Shown here piece after piece: positions 52,977 through 63,283 of a DNA stretch of 64,000 bases. Under the pieces are notes generated by a model. The model was not told the origin of the DNA. It ran no database searches and worked only from the letters and a program-made list of their open reading frames with translations. Source of the DNA: an uncultured bacterium (GTDB lineage Bacteria > Verrucomicrobiota > Verrucomicrobiia > Limisphaerales > UBA8199); contig CAVVMW010000018.1 in the NCBI GenBank assembly GCA_963749495.1, forward strand, positions 192,001 through 256,000. The letters are read 5' to 3'. The first letter of the stretch is position 1, and each line of letters starts with the position of its first letter. Made by a program: the position numbers and the translations under genes.

Positions 52977-53807
52977 CTACCGGCCACGGCCGCCGCCGCC
53001 ATGGCCGCCGAAACCGCCGCCACCATGGAAGCCACCACCGAAACCGCCGCCGCCACGGAAGCCACCGCCAAAACCGCCCGGCCGGCCCGCAACACCGCCG
53101 CGCCCTGGGAAACCGCCGAAACGCCCGAAACGGCCCCCGGTCCCAAAGCCGCGGTTAAAGAACCCGTGGTTCCGGAAGTGGTTGAAGTAAAAGGGGCTCA
53201 GGCCATAATAGCCCAAAGGCCAGCCGAATCCCCAGGGGTAGCCGTAGAGGTTGTTGTACCCCCAATAATCATAAGGGTAACCCAAGGGATACTCATAGCC
53301 CGGGCCGTAGGCGTTACTGTAATCCGGATAAGCCGGCGCGGGAACCGCGCTGTACTGATCCGGGATGGCCGGGGCCGGCCCATAAGGAGCGGGACCTGGC
53401 GCCGGCTGGCTGATGGCCGGCGTGGTCAAGTCCGAACCATGTTGGAGCATTGCCGCGATAATGTCCGACGAAACGCCGCGGTTTTTCAAGGCGATGATTT
53501 GTTCGGCGCTCAGGCGGTAGGGTGCAGGATAGTTGTGGATAAAGGCCTTGATCACGGCCGGGTCCACTTTGGCGTCCACCAGGCGAAGGACCTCCGCCAC
53601 GGGAGGGGAGAAGCGGATCGCAGGCGCCTGCGTGGACTGGGTGGCGGTCGGGGCAGGCTGCGTGGCTGCGGCCGCCACAGGCTCAAGCGAGGAGTTCGCC
53701 ACCTTGGTTGCGGCCACGGAAAGGGTCGCGGCGATGATTGTTGATGCCGGGATAAGTCCGCCAACCATGAAGGTCTTGGGCCACTCGTTTCGAATCCACG
53801 CTTTCAT
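52977..53807 (-). CDS. secreted Pro/Tyr/Gly-rich hypothetical protein
   Basis: Hydrophobic N-terminus, short helical domain, Tyr-rich then GGF-rich tail. Confidence 0.75.
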   Translation of the reverse strand: MKAWIRNEWPKTFMVGGLIPASTIIAATLSVAATKVANSSLEPVAAAATQPAPTATQSTQAPAIRFSPPVAEVLRLVDAKVDPAVIKAFIHNYPAPYRLSAEQIIALKNRGVSSDIIAAMLQHGSDLTTPAISQPAPGPAPYGPAPAIPDQYSAVPAPAYPDYSNAYGPGYEYPLGYPYDYWGYNNLYGYPWGFGWPLGYYGLSPFYFNHFRNHGFFNRGFGTGGRFGRFGGFPGRGGVAGRPGGFGGGFRGGGGFGGGFHGGGGFGGHGGGGRGR

Positions 53808-53820
53808 AACGACAACTGCT

Positions 53821-55350
53821 CTAACGTTGACCGCTTTGAAGTACCATCATCCTTTTACCATTGTTGTCAAGAGAGCCTGAAGTCCCTGCCAGCCAGCCCA
53901 GGAAGGCAAAGGCGGGCCAGGCCAGGGCGGGAATGTAAAGCCCGAACTCGAACAGGCCCTGCAGACTCCAACCCAGCACCCCCAGCCAGACGGCAAAACG
54001 CCGCCACTCGAAGGCCGGACCGGAAAATGCCGTTTCCCCTGCCTCGATCTGCCTGGCTGCGGCGACAAGCCATATCGAAAAAGGTGCCATCGCGCCCGAC
54101 ACTGAGACCTTCGCCTCAGGCCCCAGCCCGGCCGAAGGACCTCCAGGCGCCTGTCGTCCGCGGGAATCCGGGCGGAAACGGGCAGTGCTCCAGAGCAGCG
54201 TGCCCAGGATAAACGCGCTGTAGGCAACAAATCCCGGGAGGCCCGAATCGCAGGCCTGCTCCAGATAGTCATTGTGAGTCATCTCAGTCCACTCCGCGCC
54301 AGGGCGCTTGACGGCCTTGTAAGCAGCGCCAAAGGTGCCGGGGCCGACCCCACCAAGGGGCGGTGTTTGGCGATGCGGACCGCCGCTCGCCAGTAATCCA
54401 GCCGCGCCACCGCGCTGGTGGCGCCCTTGGCGAAAAAGGCGGCGTGATGCCAGAAGAACCCCGCCAACCCCGCTGCGAGCATGGCGGCGGCCAGGCCAGC
54501 CTTGAATCTCGCGCCCAAGGGCAGCCGAAGGAGGACCACGATCCCGAGGAGCATCATCAACAGCCAGCCCGCCTTGGAACCGGACCAGTAGAGGCAGGCA
54601 AACCCTCCCACCCCAATGACCAACGCCACGAACGCCCTGGCCGGGATCGTCAGGCGCCTCAGCCCGCCGGCCACCACCAGGATCGGCGGCATCATCAACA
54701 ATAGCGCCCCCGCCAGCGCGTTGGGATAAAACAACGTGGAGAAGATTCTGTCGCTGGCCAGGCGCTTGAGATAATCGGGCGGCGGCGGGCCCTTCATCTG
54801 TGGATAGAGGTCCGTGTAAAAGTACCTGGCGCATCTGTTCCAAACCGCCGTAGTGCTGCTCCCAGCCGAAGGCGAGCATGAGCACAAAGCCCAAAGAAAG
54901 CCCCAGCCAGAACAGGGCCAGGGACCTGGCGTTGCTCAGTGAAAACAGGCCCAGATAGAAACAGGCCACGCAGGCGGCGAAATGCCCCACGACGGCCCAC
55001 GAATTGCCGGCACTGGCCGCCTGGCTGGCGGCGAAGACCTGCCAGGCCAGCCAGGCCAGGGGCAAGGCAATCAGCCAAAGCGGCGCCTCAGGCCGCCGCC
55101 GGCGCGCGCCAGCCAGACCCAGCAAGGCGACCAGGCCCAGGAGCCAGTAGGCCCAGGCTATCGGCCAGGGCGAGGCGAACACAAACTCCCAACCATCGCG
55201 CGGGGGACGGACCAACGATTCCATCACCGGCGGATTGCCGAACTTGAGCAGGGCCAGGCCAAGAAAAGCGCCCAGGCACGCCACGAACAGCCGCAACGGC
55301 ACGGGGTCGGCTCTTGTAACGACGGGCAGTGGTCTGGCCTCGGGCTTCAT
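53821..55350 (-). CDS. O-antigen ligase-like membrane protein (frameshifts near 54835 and 54350)
   Basis: Many TM segments; YPNALAG, WSGSKAGWL, ARLDYW, GVGPGTFG, THNDYLEQ over two frames. Confidence 0.8.
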   Translation of the reverse strand: MKPEARPLPVVTRADPVPLRLFVACLGAFLGLALLKFGNPPVMESLVRPPRDGWEFVFASPWPIAWAYWLLGLVALLGLAGARRRRPEAPLWLIALPLAWLAWQVFAASQAASAGNSWAVVGHFAACVACFYLGLFSLSNARSLALFWLGLSLGFVLMLAFGWEQHYGGLEQMRQVLLHGPLSTDEGPAAARLSQAPGQRQNLLHVVLSQRAGGGAIVDDAADPGGGRRAEAPDDPGQGVRGVGHWGGRVCLPLLVRFQGGLAVDDAPRDRGPPSAALGREIQGWPGRRHARSGVGGVLLASRRLFRQGRHQRGGAAGLLASGGPHRQTPPLGGVGPGTFGAAYKAVKRPGAEWTEMTHNDYLEQACDSGLPGFVAYSAFILGTLLWSTARFRPDSRGRQAPGGPSAGLGPEAKVSVSGAMAPFSIWLVAAARQIEAGETAFSGPAFEWRRFAVWLGVLGWSLQGLFEFGLYIPALAWPAFAFLGWLAGTSGSLDNNGKRMMVLQSGQR

Positions 55351-55576
55351 TGGGGGCGCGGGGCCGCTCCGAGAGCGCCGCGAGCGGGGACCTTTGCCGC
55401 AACCTTTGCCGCAATCCCGCTCAGCGGGATCGGCTTGGCCATGCTTCGACAAAGGCGGCGACTAAGGTTGCGACAAAGGTCTGGCATCGGAGCTTCCAGG
55501 CTGATTCGGCCAGCCGCCCTTAGGTCCCTTGCGTCCCTTTTGTCGCTTTCCCGAGCGTCCCTTTTGTCGCTTGCTC

Positions 55577-56648
55577 TCATCCCAGGCGCAGCTTGAGGAG
55601 GGCGACCTCGATGGCCAGGGCCTCCTGGACGTTGGTGCCGAGCCTGCGCTGGAGTTGTTCCATCACCTGCAGATTCTCCACCGCCTGCCGGGGCGAAACC
55701 CGGCGCGCGACTTGCTCCGTGGCGGGCAACTCGGGAAAACTCAGGAGCGTGCCGCCCGCCGGCGGCCCGGCCCCGCGCGGCTGGCCCTGCGAGCCTGAGT
55801 TGAGCGTCAACAGCCACACGTCCCGCAGCCACCACTGAACGACGCCGAGCAACTCCGTCCGCCGCCGCTTGTACTCCGCCTCGATGGCCGCAGCCAGTTG
55901 GCTCTCCCATTTGTCGCGCAATTCCTCCTCGGCCTCCTCGTATTGCTCGAGGGGAGAGCGGGCCTTGAGGGCCTGCTCGGTGTCTTGCCGCAGTTGGTTG
56001 AGCCGGCCCAGGAGCGCGTCCATGAGACGATAGCTGGCCAGCAGGCTCTTCTGCGGGGCGGCGGCCTTCTGCGCGAATGAGGCCAGCCAGGCCAGATGAG
56101 CGGCGTCCAGCGGGCGGCGGCCCTCGCCGGCGAAACTCAGCCGCAGGCAGCGCGAGAGGACCGTCTCCAGGAGTTGCTGCGGCTCGGTCGTCAGGAGGAT
56201 GAGGATGGACCGGGCCGGCGGCTCCTCCAGCGTCTTGAGAAAGGCATTGGCCGCCTCTTTCTTCAACCGGTCGGCGCCCACCACCACGGCCACTTTGTAC
56301 TGGGCCTCGGCGGGCTTGAGATGGATGTCCCTCGACAATTCGCGCATCTGGTCGATGCTCACGATGCGCATCCTGGATTCGGGCCGGACCCAGTGGACGT
56401 TCAGGGTGGTTGGCGTGGTCGATTTTTCTGCAAGTCAGGCAATTGTCGCAGCAGTCGATGGCGGCGCCGTCGCGCTCGCGGATGGGCTGCTGGCAGTTGA
56501 GCGTCTTGGCCAGCGTGCGCGCCAGGGTCTCCAGTTCGTCCAATTGGTGGCCCGTGAACAGATAGGCATGGGCCAATCGCCGCCGTTCCAACGAGCGCTG
56601 GAGCAACTGGATGCCTTGCTGGTGTCTCGGAAGGTCCTTAAAGGCCAT
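55577..56648 (-). CDS. holB: DNA polymerase III delta' subunit (frameshift near 56400)
   Basis: LAHAYLF, Zn motif CCDNCLTC, ANAFLKTLEEPP, TVLSRC. Confidence 0.9.
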
Positions 56649-56650
56649 CT

Positions 56651-57550
56651 TTATTCATCGAAGAACGGGAACAGCTTCTTGAGTCGGGCCTTGTCCGGCC
56701 GCTGCCCGTATTCGCAGACCTCGAAGGCCTCGGCGTACTTGACGGCGGCGCCCTTTTCCTGCCCGTAGAATTCCTGGAGCTTGGCGCGGAACCGCTCGGC
56801 CAGGTTGTGCGAGCGCCTTTCGAACCCGGCGCGGACCTCGCGCCGGCGCTCCTGCTGCTTGGCCGGGTCGCTGGGCAGCAACTCGGCCGAGCCGTTGGCG
56901 CCGCCCTCGTAGAATTGGGATTCCAGGGCGTCCAGGGCATCGAGTTTCTTCTCGATGACGGGGTCGATGGCGATGGCGATGTCCGGCTGGAACGGGTTGG
57001 GCTTCTGGAACGAGTCCGGGTTATAGAGGAAGACAGGATTGTGCTCGAGGCAAGGCACGTCCGGGCAGAAGAACGGCACCGTAACCATGTAAGCGGAGTC
57101 CTGGACCAGCACCCCCGTGTAGCGGTGGTCCGGATGATAATCATTGGGGCGCGGGGCGATGACGACGTCGGCCTTCCATTGGCGGATGAGCTTGGTGATG
57201 AGCTTGCGGTTTTCCAGCGTCGGCAGCAACTCCCCGTCGTGGATGTCCAGCACCTCGCAGGTCACCCCCAGGATCTGGTCCGCGCGCTGTGCCTCGGCCT
57301 TGCGCCGATGCGCCAACGGCCCGCCCGCGTCGCGCCAATGGCCGATGTCCCCGTTGGTGACCGAGACCAGCTTGACGTGATGTCCCTTGGCCGCCCACAT
57401 GGCCGCCACGCCCCCGACCTGGATCTCGCAGTCGTCGGGGTGCGCGCCAAAACAGATGATCCGCAGCTTGCCGTCGTCCGGCGGCGCCGGCGACCCGGCC
57501 GTGACCAGAAGCGCCGTGCCTGTCAGCAGAGGAAGGAGTAATCGTTTCAT
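56651..57550 (-). CDS. PIG-L family deacetylase
   Basis: GAHPDDCE, TNGD, DYHPDHR, AEAFE. Confidence 0.92.
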   Translation of the reverse strand: MKRLLLPLLTGTALLVTAGSPAPPDDGKLRIICFGAHPDDCEIQVGGVAAMWAAKGHHVKLVSVTNGDIGHWRDAGGPLAHRRKAEAQRADQILGVTCEVLDIHDGELLPTLENRKLITKLIRQWKADVVIAPRPNDYHPDHRYTGVLVQDSAYMVTVPFFCPDVPCLEHNPVFLYNPDSFQKPNPFQPDIAIAIDPVIEKKLDALDALESQFYEGGANGSAELLPSDPAKQQERRREVRAGFERRSHNLAERFRAKLQEFYGQEKGAAVKYAEAFEVCEYGQRPDKARLKKLFPFFDE

Positions 57551-57657
57551 AAAAATTCGCCAGGTTGATTGTCGGCGCCGACTATAGAACGACCCGAGCC
57601 TGGACGTAAAGTCCCTTGTGGCATCCCTTTTCGATCAATTCTGATTCTGGGGCCCTT

Positions 57658-57708
57658 CCGCATAAATGCGGCGTTCCGGCCGCGTTCGGAACGCCGCATT
57701 TATGCGGC
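57658..57708. repeat. REP-like palindrome (CCGCATAAATGCGGCGTTCC...)
   Basis: Inverted repeat; relative at 37878-37945. Confidence 0.75.
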
Positions 57709-57876
57709 AGCGAGGCGCCGAAGCGAGAATGGCCAGGCTTCGAAAGCCAAAATGAGAATTGCTGAAATAGCGGCGCGCCAATACGGCTCATAGCCTTGAA
57801 GAGGTTTAATTGACTTTAATTGGCTTTATTACCCGGTCGTCAGGTTGCCCTACAGTGTGTGGCAACCAACCATGCT

Positions 57877-57916
57877 CCCTCTCCCCATCCGATGGGGAGA
57901 GGGCCGGGGTGAGGGG
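57877..57916. repeat. half copy of REP family A
   Basis: CCCTCTCCCCATCCGATGGGGAGAGGGCCGGGGTGAGGGG. Confidence 0.75.
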
Positions 57917-58377
57917 TCGTCCCTGTGTAGTGCATCCCACGGACTGTTCAATAAGGTTTCGGGTTTCAGGGGCTCACGTTTCACGTTTCAGGTTTCCTCT
58001 CCTCGGCGGCAACGCATTCTGAGAATTCAGCGCCCAGGGGCTCGGAGGGCCGGGTCGCCAGAGGCGAGGAGCTCGGAGAGGGATTGCTGCCCGGCTGCGT
58101 GGAGGATGCGGGCACGGAAGCCGGCTTGGGCTTGCCTGGCTTGGGCCTCGGCTTCGATGCGGTCAGCGCGGCGGCGGTCCAGTTGGAGGGATTGAAAACT
58201 GGAATTTCTCATGGACGCCACTATGCGCCGCCTCGACCTCTCCTGTCCACGGACAGAGCGGACTGTTCGGACAATGCGGAGTTTTTGCGGTTGGGCCGGC
58301 TATCCATGTGGTGGATTTTGGCCGCCCGCGAAGCGGCAATGCCGGTTCTTTGTGAATGTCATCGCGCCAATCCCCAC

Positions 58378-58401
58378 GGGTACGGGACAAAATAGTAACC
58401 A
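58378..58401. mobile_element. orphan ISKra4-type terminal inverted repeat
   Basis: GGGTACGGGACAAAATAGTAACCA closely matches both TIRs of the IS at 3473-5304. Confidence 0.7.
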
Positions 58402-58430
58402 TTAGAGCTGTTCATTTCCGCGTATTTCGC

Positions 58431-59230
58431 TCGCAGCCCATAAGGCTGCCAGTCCAGCCGGTGGAAGTCCGGCGATGGTAACTGACGATGAACCATACAG
58501 TGATAACCGACACGGGAAGGGGCGACCCGACCCGCGAAAGCTCGGTCGTAAAAGTCCTGGCCGGAGCAGGGCGAGCAACACCTCCAGGCCGTAGCATAAA
58601 GCGAAAGCTGCAGCTTCGTTACGCTACCCACGGGTTCCGGATTCGTGGGATTTGTGACTGCCGAACCGGTGCGAAAACGGCGAAGGCACAACCAACGATG
58701 AAGGCATCGTCGCAGGCAATCGTTGGAGTCACCGGAGTACGGGCGGCGGCATGGGGTGAAAGGACTGGCAGAGTAAATTGGGGACCCTCTGGGGCTGGCG
58801 GGTTGGTCCCGCAGCCTGGCGGAATAATGCATAAGCCGCTGGGTGGCCAACAGAGGCGCACATGTGGCCATAGTAAGCGACGAGCCGACCGGACAGCACA
58901 ACCGGTTGGGGAGCCAAGGGCCACTGGACCCGCGGTCGTGGTCAGAGGTTCTCGGTGCCGCTTGGACGCAAGTCCGACTACGGAACAAACGCCGGGGACG
59001 GAGATACCGACGGTGACGGCCTATAAGCGGGCGGTAGCACGCCCGCGAAGGTGGCCGTGGCGTCAGGCGGGTTTGAAGCCGGTACTGGGGAAAACCCACC
59101 TGTACGGAATTTTAGAGGGGGCAGAGGAAACGAAGTGAATGGCCTGATGACCGTTTGCCACGATGCCCGAAAGGGCCGATACACTGGAAGTCATTGGCCT
59201 AATCATGTTCGCGCCTCTGCTCTACTCGAT
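58431..59230 (+). ncRNA. ORF-less group II intron, copy 1 (800 nt)
   Basis: DV-like hairpin GAAGCCGGTACTGGGGAAAACCCACCTGTACGG (from 59075); DVI stem with bulged A at 59224; 3' end CTCGAT; no RT ORF. Confidence 0.85.
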
Positions 59231-59239
59231 GTATTTCGC

Positions 59240-60039
59240 TCGCAGCCCATAAGGCTGCCAGTCCAGCCGGTGGAAGTCCGGCGATGGTAACTGACGATGA
59301 ACCATACAGTGATAACCGACGCGGGAAGGGGCGACCCGACCCGCGAAAGCTCGGTCGTAAAAGTCCTGGCCGGAGCAGGGCGAGCAACACCTCCAGGCCG
59401 TAGCATAAAGCGAAAGCTGCAGCTTCGTTACGCTACCCACGGGTTCCGGATTCGTGGGATTTGTGACTGCCGAGCCGGTGCGAAAACGGCGAAGGCACAA
59501 CCAACGATGAAGGCATCGTCGCAGGCAATCGTTGGAGTCACCGGAGTACGGGCGGCGGCATGGGGTGAAAGGACTGGCAGAGTAAATTGGGGACCCTCTG
59601 GGGCTGGCGGGTTGGCCCCGCAGCCTGGCGGAATAATGCATAAGCCGCTGGGTGGCCAACAGAGGCGCACATGTGGCCATAGTAAGCGAGGAGCCGACCG
59701 GACAGCACAACCGGTTGGGGAGCCAAGGGCCACTGGACCCGCGGTCGTGGTCAGAAGTTCTCGGTGCCGCTTGGACGCAAGTCCGACTACGGAACAACCG
59801 CCGGGGACGGAGATACCGACAGTGACGGCCTATAAGCGGGCGGTAGCACGCCCGCGAAGGTGGCCGTGGCGTCAGGCGGGTTTGAAGCCGGTACTGGGGA
59901 AAACCCACCTGTACGGAATTTTAGAGGGGGCAGAGGAAACGAAGTGAATGGCCTGATGACCGTTTGCCACGATGCCCGAAAGGGCCGATACACTCGAAGT
60001 CATTGGCCTAATCATGTTCGCGCCTCTGCTCTACTCGAT
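59240..60039 (+). ncRNA. ORF-less group II intron, copy 2 (800 nt)
   Basis: About 8 substitutions relative to copy 1; same DV/DVI; bulged A at 60033. Confidence 0.85.
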
Positions 60040-60188
60040 GGTTCATTCTTCTTCGGAGCTTTGCTAGCCTCGCCGGCCATGGCACCTGAGGGCAACCGCG
60101 GAATACGCGGAATACGCGGAAAACAAAGCCGCTCAGCGATCCGGGGCGGGCTGGCCGGCATTGGGGCAGCCCCATTTCATTGCGGTTG

Positions 60189-60249
60189 CCGCCGAGCTGA
60201 CCTCTCCGTGCGCACCTTCAAGGTCCACCGCGGGCGCGTGATGCAGAAA
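60189..60249 (+). pseudogene. fragment of a FixJ/LuxR-type HTH
   Basis: AAEL / LSVRTFKVHRGRVMQK. Confidence 0.5.
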
Positions 60250-60327
60250 CGCGCAACCAACTCCTCTGGTCCGCCATCTGCTCCTCGACCGCGCGCACCG
60301 GCAAAGCCGGGGGGCGCGCGAGGACAA

Positions 60328-60476
60328 ATGACGAATGACGAATGACGAATGACGAATACTGAACTTGCGGGGGCGCCCGGATGGCCCTCCCTCGCCCATA
60401 GCGAATAGCCCATAGCCAATAACCAAGGGCCAAGCGTCATTCGTCATTCGTCATTCGTCATTCGTCATTCGTCATT
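60328..60476. repeat. (ATGACGA)n...(TCGTCAT)n inverted heptamer arrays
   Basis: Direct reading; same unit at 25840 and 63221. Confidence 0.85.
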
Positions 60477-60547
60477 GGTCCTCCGCCACGTTCCCCATTG
60501 ACTGCGCCCCCCAGCCGCCGCTACCCTCCTCGCATCAACGCTGCCTC

Positions 60548-62074
60548 ATGACCGGTCCGCTTCTCCAATTGACCCGGGTTGCCAAGTCGTTCGGGGCTGT
60601 GCGGGCCCTCAGGGAGGTCTCGTTCGATTTGCGGCCGGGCGAGGTGCATGCCTTGTTGGGCGAGAACGGCGCGGGCAAGTCCACGCTCATCAAAATTATC
60701 AGCGGCGCTCACGGGCCGGACTCGGGCTTTATCGAAATTGCCGGGCGCCGCATCCGGCGCCTGACGCCGTCCGGCGCGCGCAAGCTCGGCATTGCCTGCA
60801 TCTACCAACAGCCGGCGCTTTGTCCTAACCTGACGGTCGCCGAGAACATCGCCTTGCGGCTGCGCTCGTTGCGTCCGCTGGCCCGAGTGGACCGCCGGGC
60901 GCAGCGCCGGCAGGCCGCCCGATTGCTGGAGCGGCTCGGCGCCGCCCTCTGCCCCGATGCCGAGGCGCGCGCCCTCTCCATGCCCCAGCAACAGTTGGTC
61001 GAGATCGCCTGCGCCCTGGGCGCCAATGCGCGCATCCTCGTCCTGGACGAACCCACTGCCTCGCTCACGCAGCCGGAGGCCGAATTGCTCTTCAACATCG
61101 TCCGCAACCTCCGCGCGGCAGGCGCCGGCCTGGTCTATATCTCGCACCGCCTGGAGGAGATCTTCGTGCTGGCCGACCGCGTGACCGTGCTGCGCGACGG
61201 CCAGAGCGTCGGCACCCTCGAATCGGACCTCGCCCCGGATGCACCGAGGGGGAGTTGATCCGGCTCATGGTCGGCCGGGAGGTGGACCGGATGTATCCGC
61301 AAACCGAGGGAGCGCAGGCAGGAGGCCAGCCCCAGGCTGAGGGCGAGGGCGTTGTGCTCTCACTCAGGAACCTCTGCTGTGCCGCTGGTGGCGTGCGGGG
61401 GGTGAGTTTCGATGTTGGCGCGGGCGAGATAACGGCCCTGGCTGGGTTGGTCGGGGCAGGGCGCACCGAGTTGGCCCGCGTTCTGTTTGGCCTCACACCC
61501 GCGGACGCCGGGCAAATCCTGTTCGAGGGCCGGCCGGCAACCATCGGCTCGCCTCGCCAGGCCATGGCCCTGGGCATCGCTTACCTGCCGGAGGACCGCC
61601 GCCGGCACGGCCTGATCCTCGACTTGTCCATCGCGGCCAATATCAGCATGGCCGTCCATCGCCGGCTGTTTCCGCGAGGTTGGCTGCGGCTGGGGGCCGA
61701 GCGCGCCCTGGCCCTGGACTTCATGCGCGCCCTGGCCATAAAGGCGCCGGGGCCCGAGGCCGCCGCCGGCTCGCTCAGCGGCGGCAACCAGCAGAAAGTC
61801 GCCCTTGCCCGCTGGCTGGCCGCCACGCCCCGCCTGCTCATTTTGGATGAACCCACCCAGGGCGTCAACGTCGCCGCGAAGAGCGAAATCCACAAACTCA
61901 TCCGCCGCCTGGCGGCGCAGGACTGGCCATTCTGATGATCTCGAGCGACCTGCCCGAGGTCCTGGGCATGGGCCAGCGCATTATTGTCATGCGCGGCGGC
62001 ACGGTGGCGGCGCGGCTGCCGGGCGGCAGCCCGGCGCACCTCGTGATGGCCGCCGCCTTGGGACAGAGCAGTGA
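60548..62074 (+). CDS. sugar ABC transporter ATP-binding protein (frameshifts near 61250 and 61930)
   Basis: GENGAGKST, LDEPT, ISHRLEE, LSGGNQQKV, second LDEPT. Confidence 0.9.
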
Positions 62075-62243
62075 AACGTGAACAGTGAACCCTGAACTCT
62101 GAACTCTGAACCTTGAACCATGAAAGACAAAACGTGAAACGTGAAACGTGAAACGTGAAGGGTGAAAGACAGAAGGTGAAAACCGAGGTCGTCTTTGACC
62201 GCTCTCTTTAGTTTTCACGTTTCACTCTCCCGCTGCCAACGAT

Positions 62244-63224
62244 ATGAGACAGTTCGTGACCCGTAATTCCCGGGAGGTGACGGTTGCCGGGGCGCTGGGG
62301 GTGGTGTTGCTGGCCCTGGCGCTGTTTGCGCCGGGGTTTTACCAGGGGCAGCCGCTGCTCTCGCTGCTCACGCGGCAGGCCCCGGCCTTGGTGGTGGCCT
62401 GCGGGATGGGCCTGGTCATTGTCAGCCGGCAGATCAATATCTCCGTCGGCTCTCAATTCGCCGTCTGCAGCGTCTGCGCGGGCCTGCTGGCCGCCGCCCG
62501 ATGGCCGCCCGGCCTGATGGTCCCGGCGGTCATTGGATTGGGCGCGGCGATGGGGGCGTTCAACGGCGGGCTGGTGGCCGGGTTGCGCCTGCCCTCGATC
62601 GTGGTGACCCTGGCCACGATGGTCGCCTGGCGCGAGGGGTTGCGCTGGCTGCGTCAGGGCCTGTGGGTGGACTTGCCCGAGGGCCTCCAGTGGTTCGGAT
62701 TGCGCCAATCGGCAGGACAATGGACCCTGGTTGGCCTGGCGTTGGGTTTATGGGCCGCGCTGGCCTTTGGCAGCAACGGCCTGGCTGCCGGCCGCTTCGT
62801 CTATGCGGTCGGCTCGGACGCCGAGGCGGCGCGCCTGGCCGGCATTGCTCCGGGCCTGGTGACCTTCGGCGTCTTCGTGCTCCTGGGCGCCCTGGCCGGG
62901 CTGGGGGCCTTGATGAACGTGGTGCAATCACCGCAAGTGGACCCCAACTGCGGCTCGGGCCTGGAACTCAAGACTATCGCGGCGGCAGTGGTGGGCGGCA
63001 TCGCCGTATCCGGCGGGCGCGGCCGCCTCTGGGGCGTCCTGGCCGGGCTGCTGCTCCTGGCCTGCGTGAGCCCCGCTCTGACCCATCTGCACGTCCAACC
63101 GCATTGGGAAAAGGCAATCCAGGGCGCGATCATCCTGGGGGCCGTGGCGGCCGAGGGCCTGGCGCGACGGGGGATGGAACGTCACCCTTCCTCGAGCGCA
63201 TTGAGGCCGGAAAGCGGCCAATGA
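62244..63224 (+). CDS. sugar ABC transporter permease
   Basis: INISVGS, LPSIVVTLAT, GRFVYAVG, IAAAVVGG. Confidence 0.92.
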   Translation: MRQFVTRNSREVTVAGALGVVLLALALFAPGFYQGQPLLSLLTRQAPALVVACGMGLVIVSRQINISVGSQFAVCSVCAGLLAAARWPPGLMVPAVIGLGAAMGAFNGGLVAGLRLPSIVVTLATMVAWREGLRWLRQGLWVDLPEGLQWFGLRQSAGQWTLVGLALGLWAALAFGSNGLAAGRFVYAVGSDAEAARLAGIAPGLVTFGVFVLLGALAGLGALMNVVQSPQVDPNCGSGLELKTIAAAVVGGIAVSGGRGRLWGVLAGLLLLACVSPALTHLHVQPHWEKAIQGAIILGAVAAEGLARRGMERHPSSSALRPESGQ

Positions 63225-63283
63225 CGAATGACGAATGACGAATGACGAATGACGAATTTCGTTTTTGGGGCCGGTTCGATTCT

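Noticed and set aside
55577..56648. holB or kbl as true pseudogenes or programmed frameshifts
   Set aside because: The window-wide indel pattern points to sequencing error
58027..58221. 64-aa minus-strand ORF
   Set aside because: No motif or context support; possibly a gene remnant
58359..59993. ORFs of 216-246 aa on both strands within the 809-bp periodic region
   Set aside because: No RT or other motif; they are read-throughs of structured intron RNA
58422..60039. Tandem copy as an assembly artefact
   Set aside because: The copies differ by about 8 substitutions, and removing both restores a coherent host repeat; still worth confirming with reads
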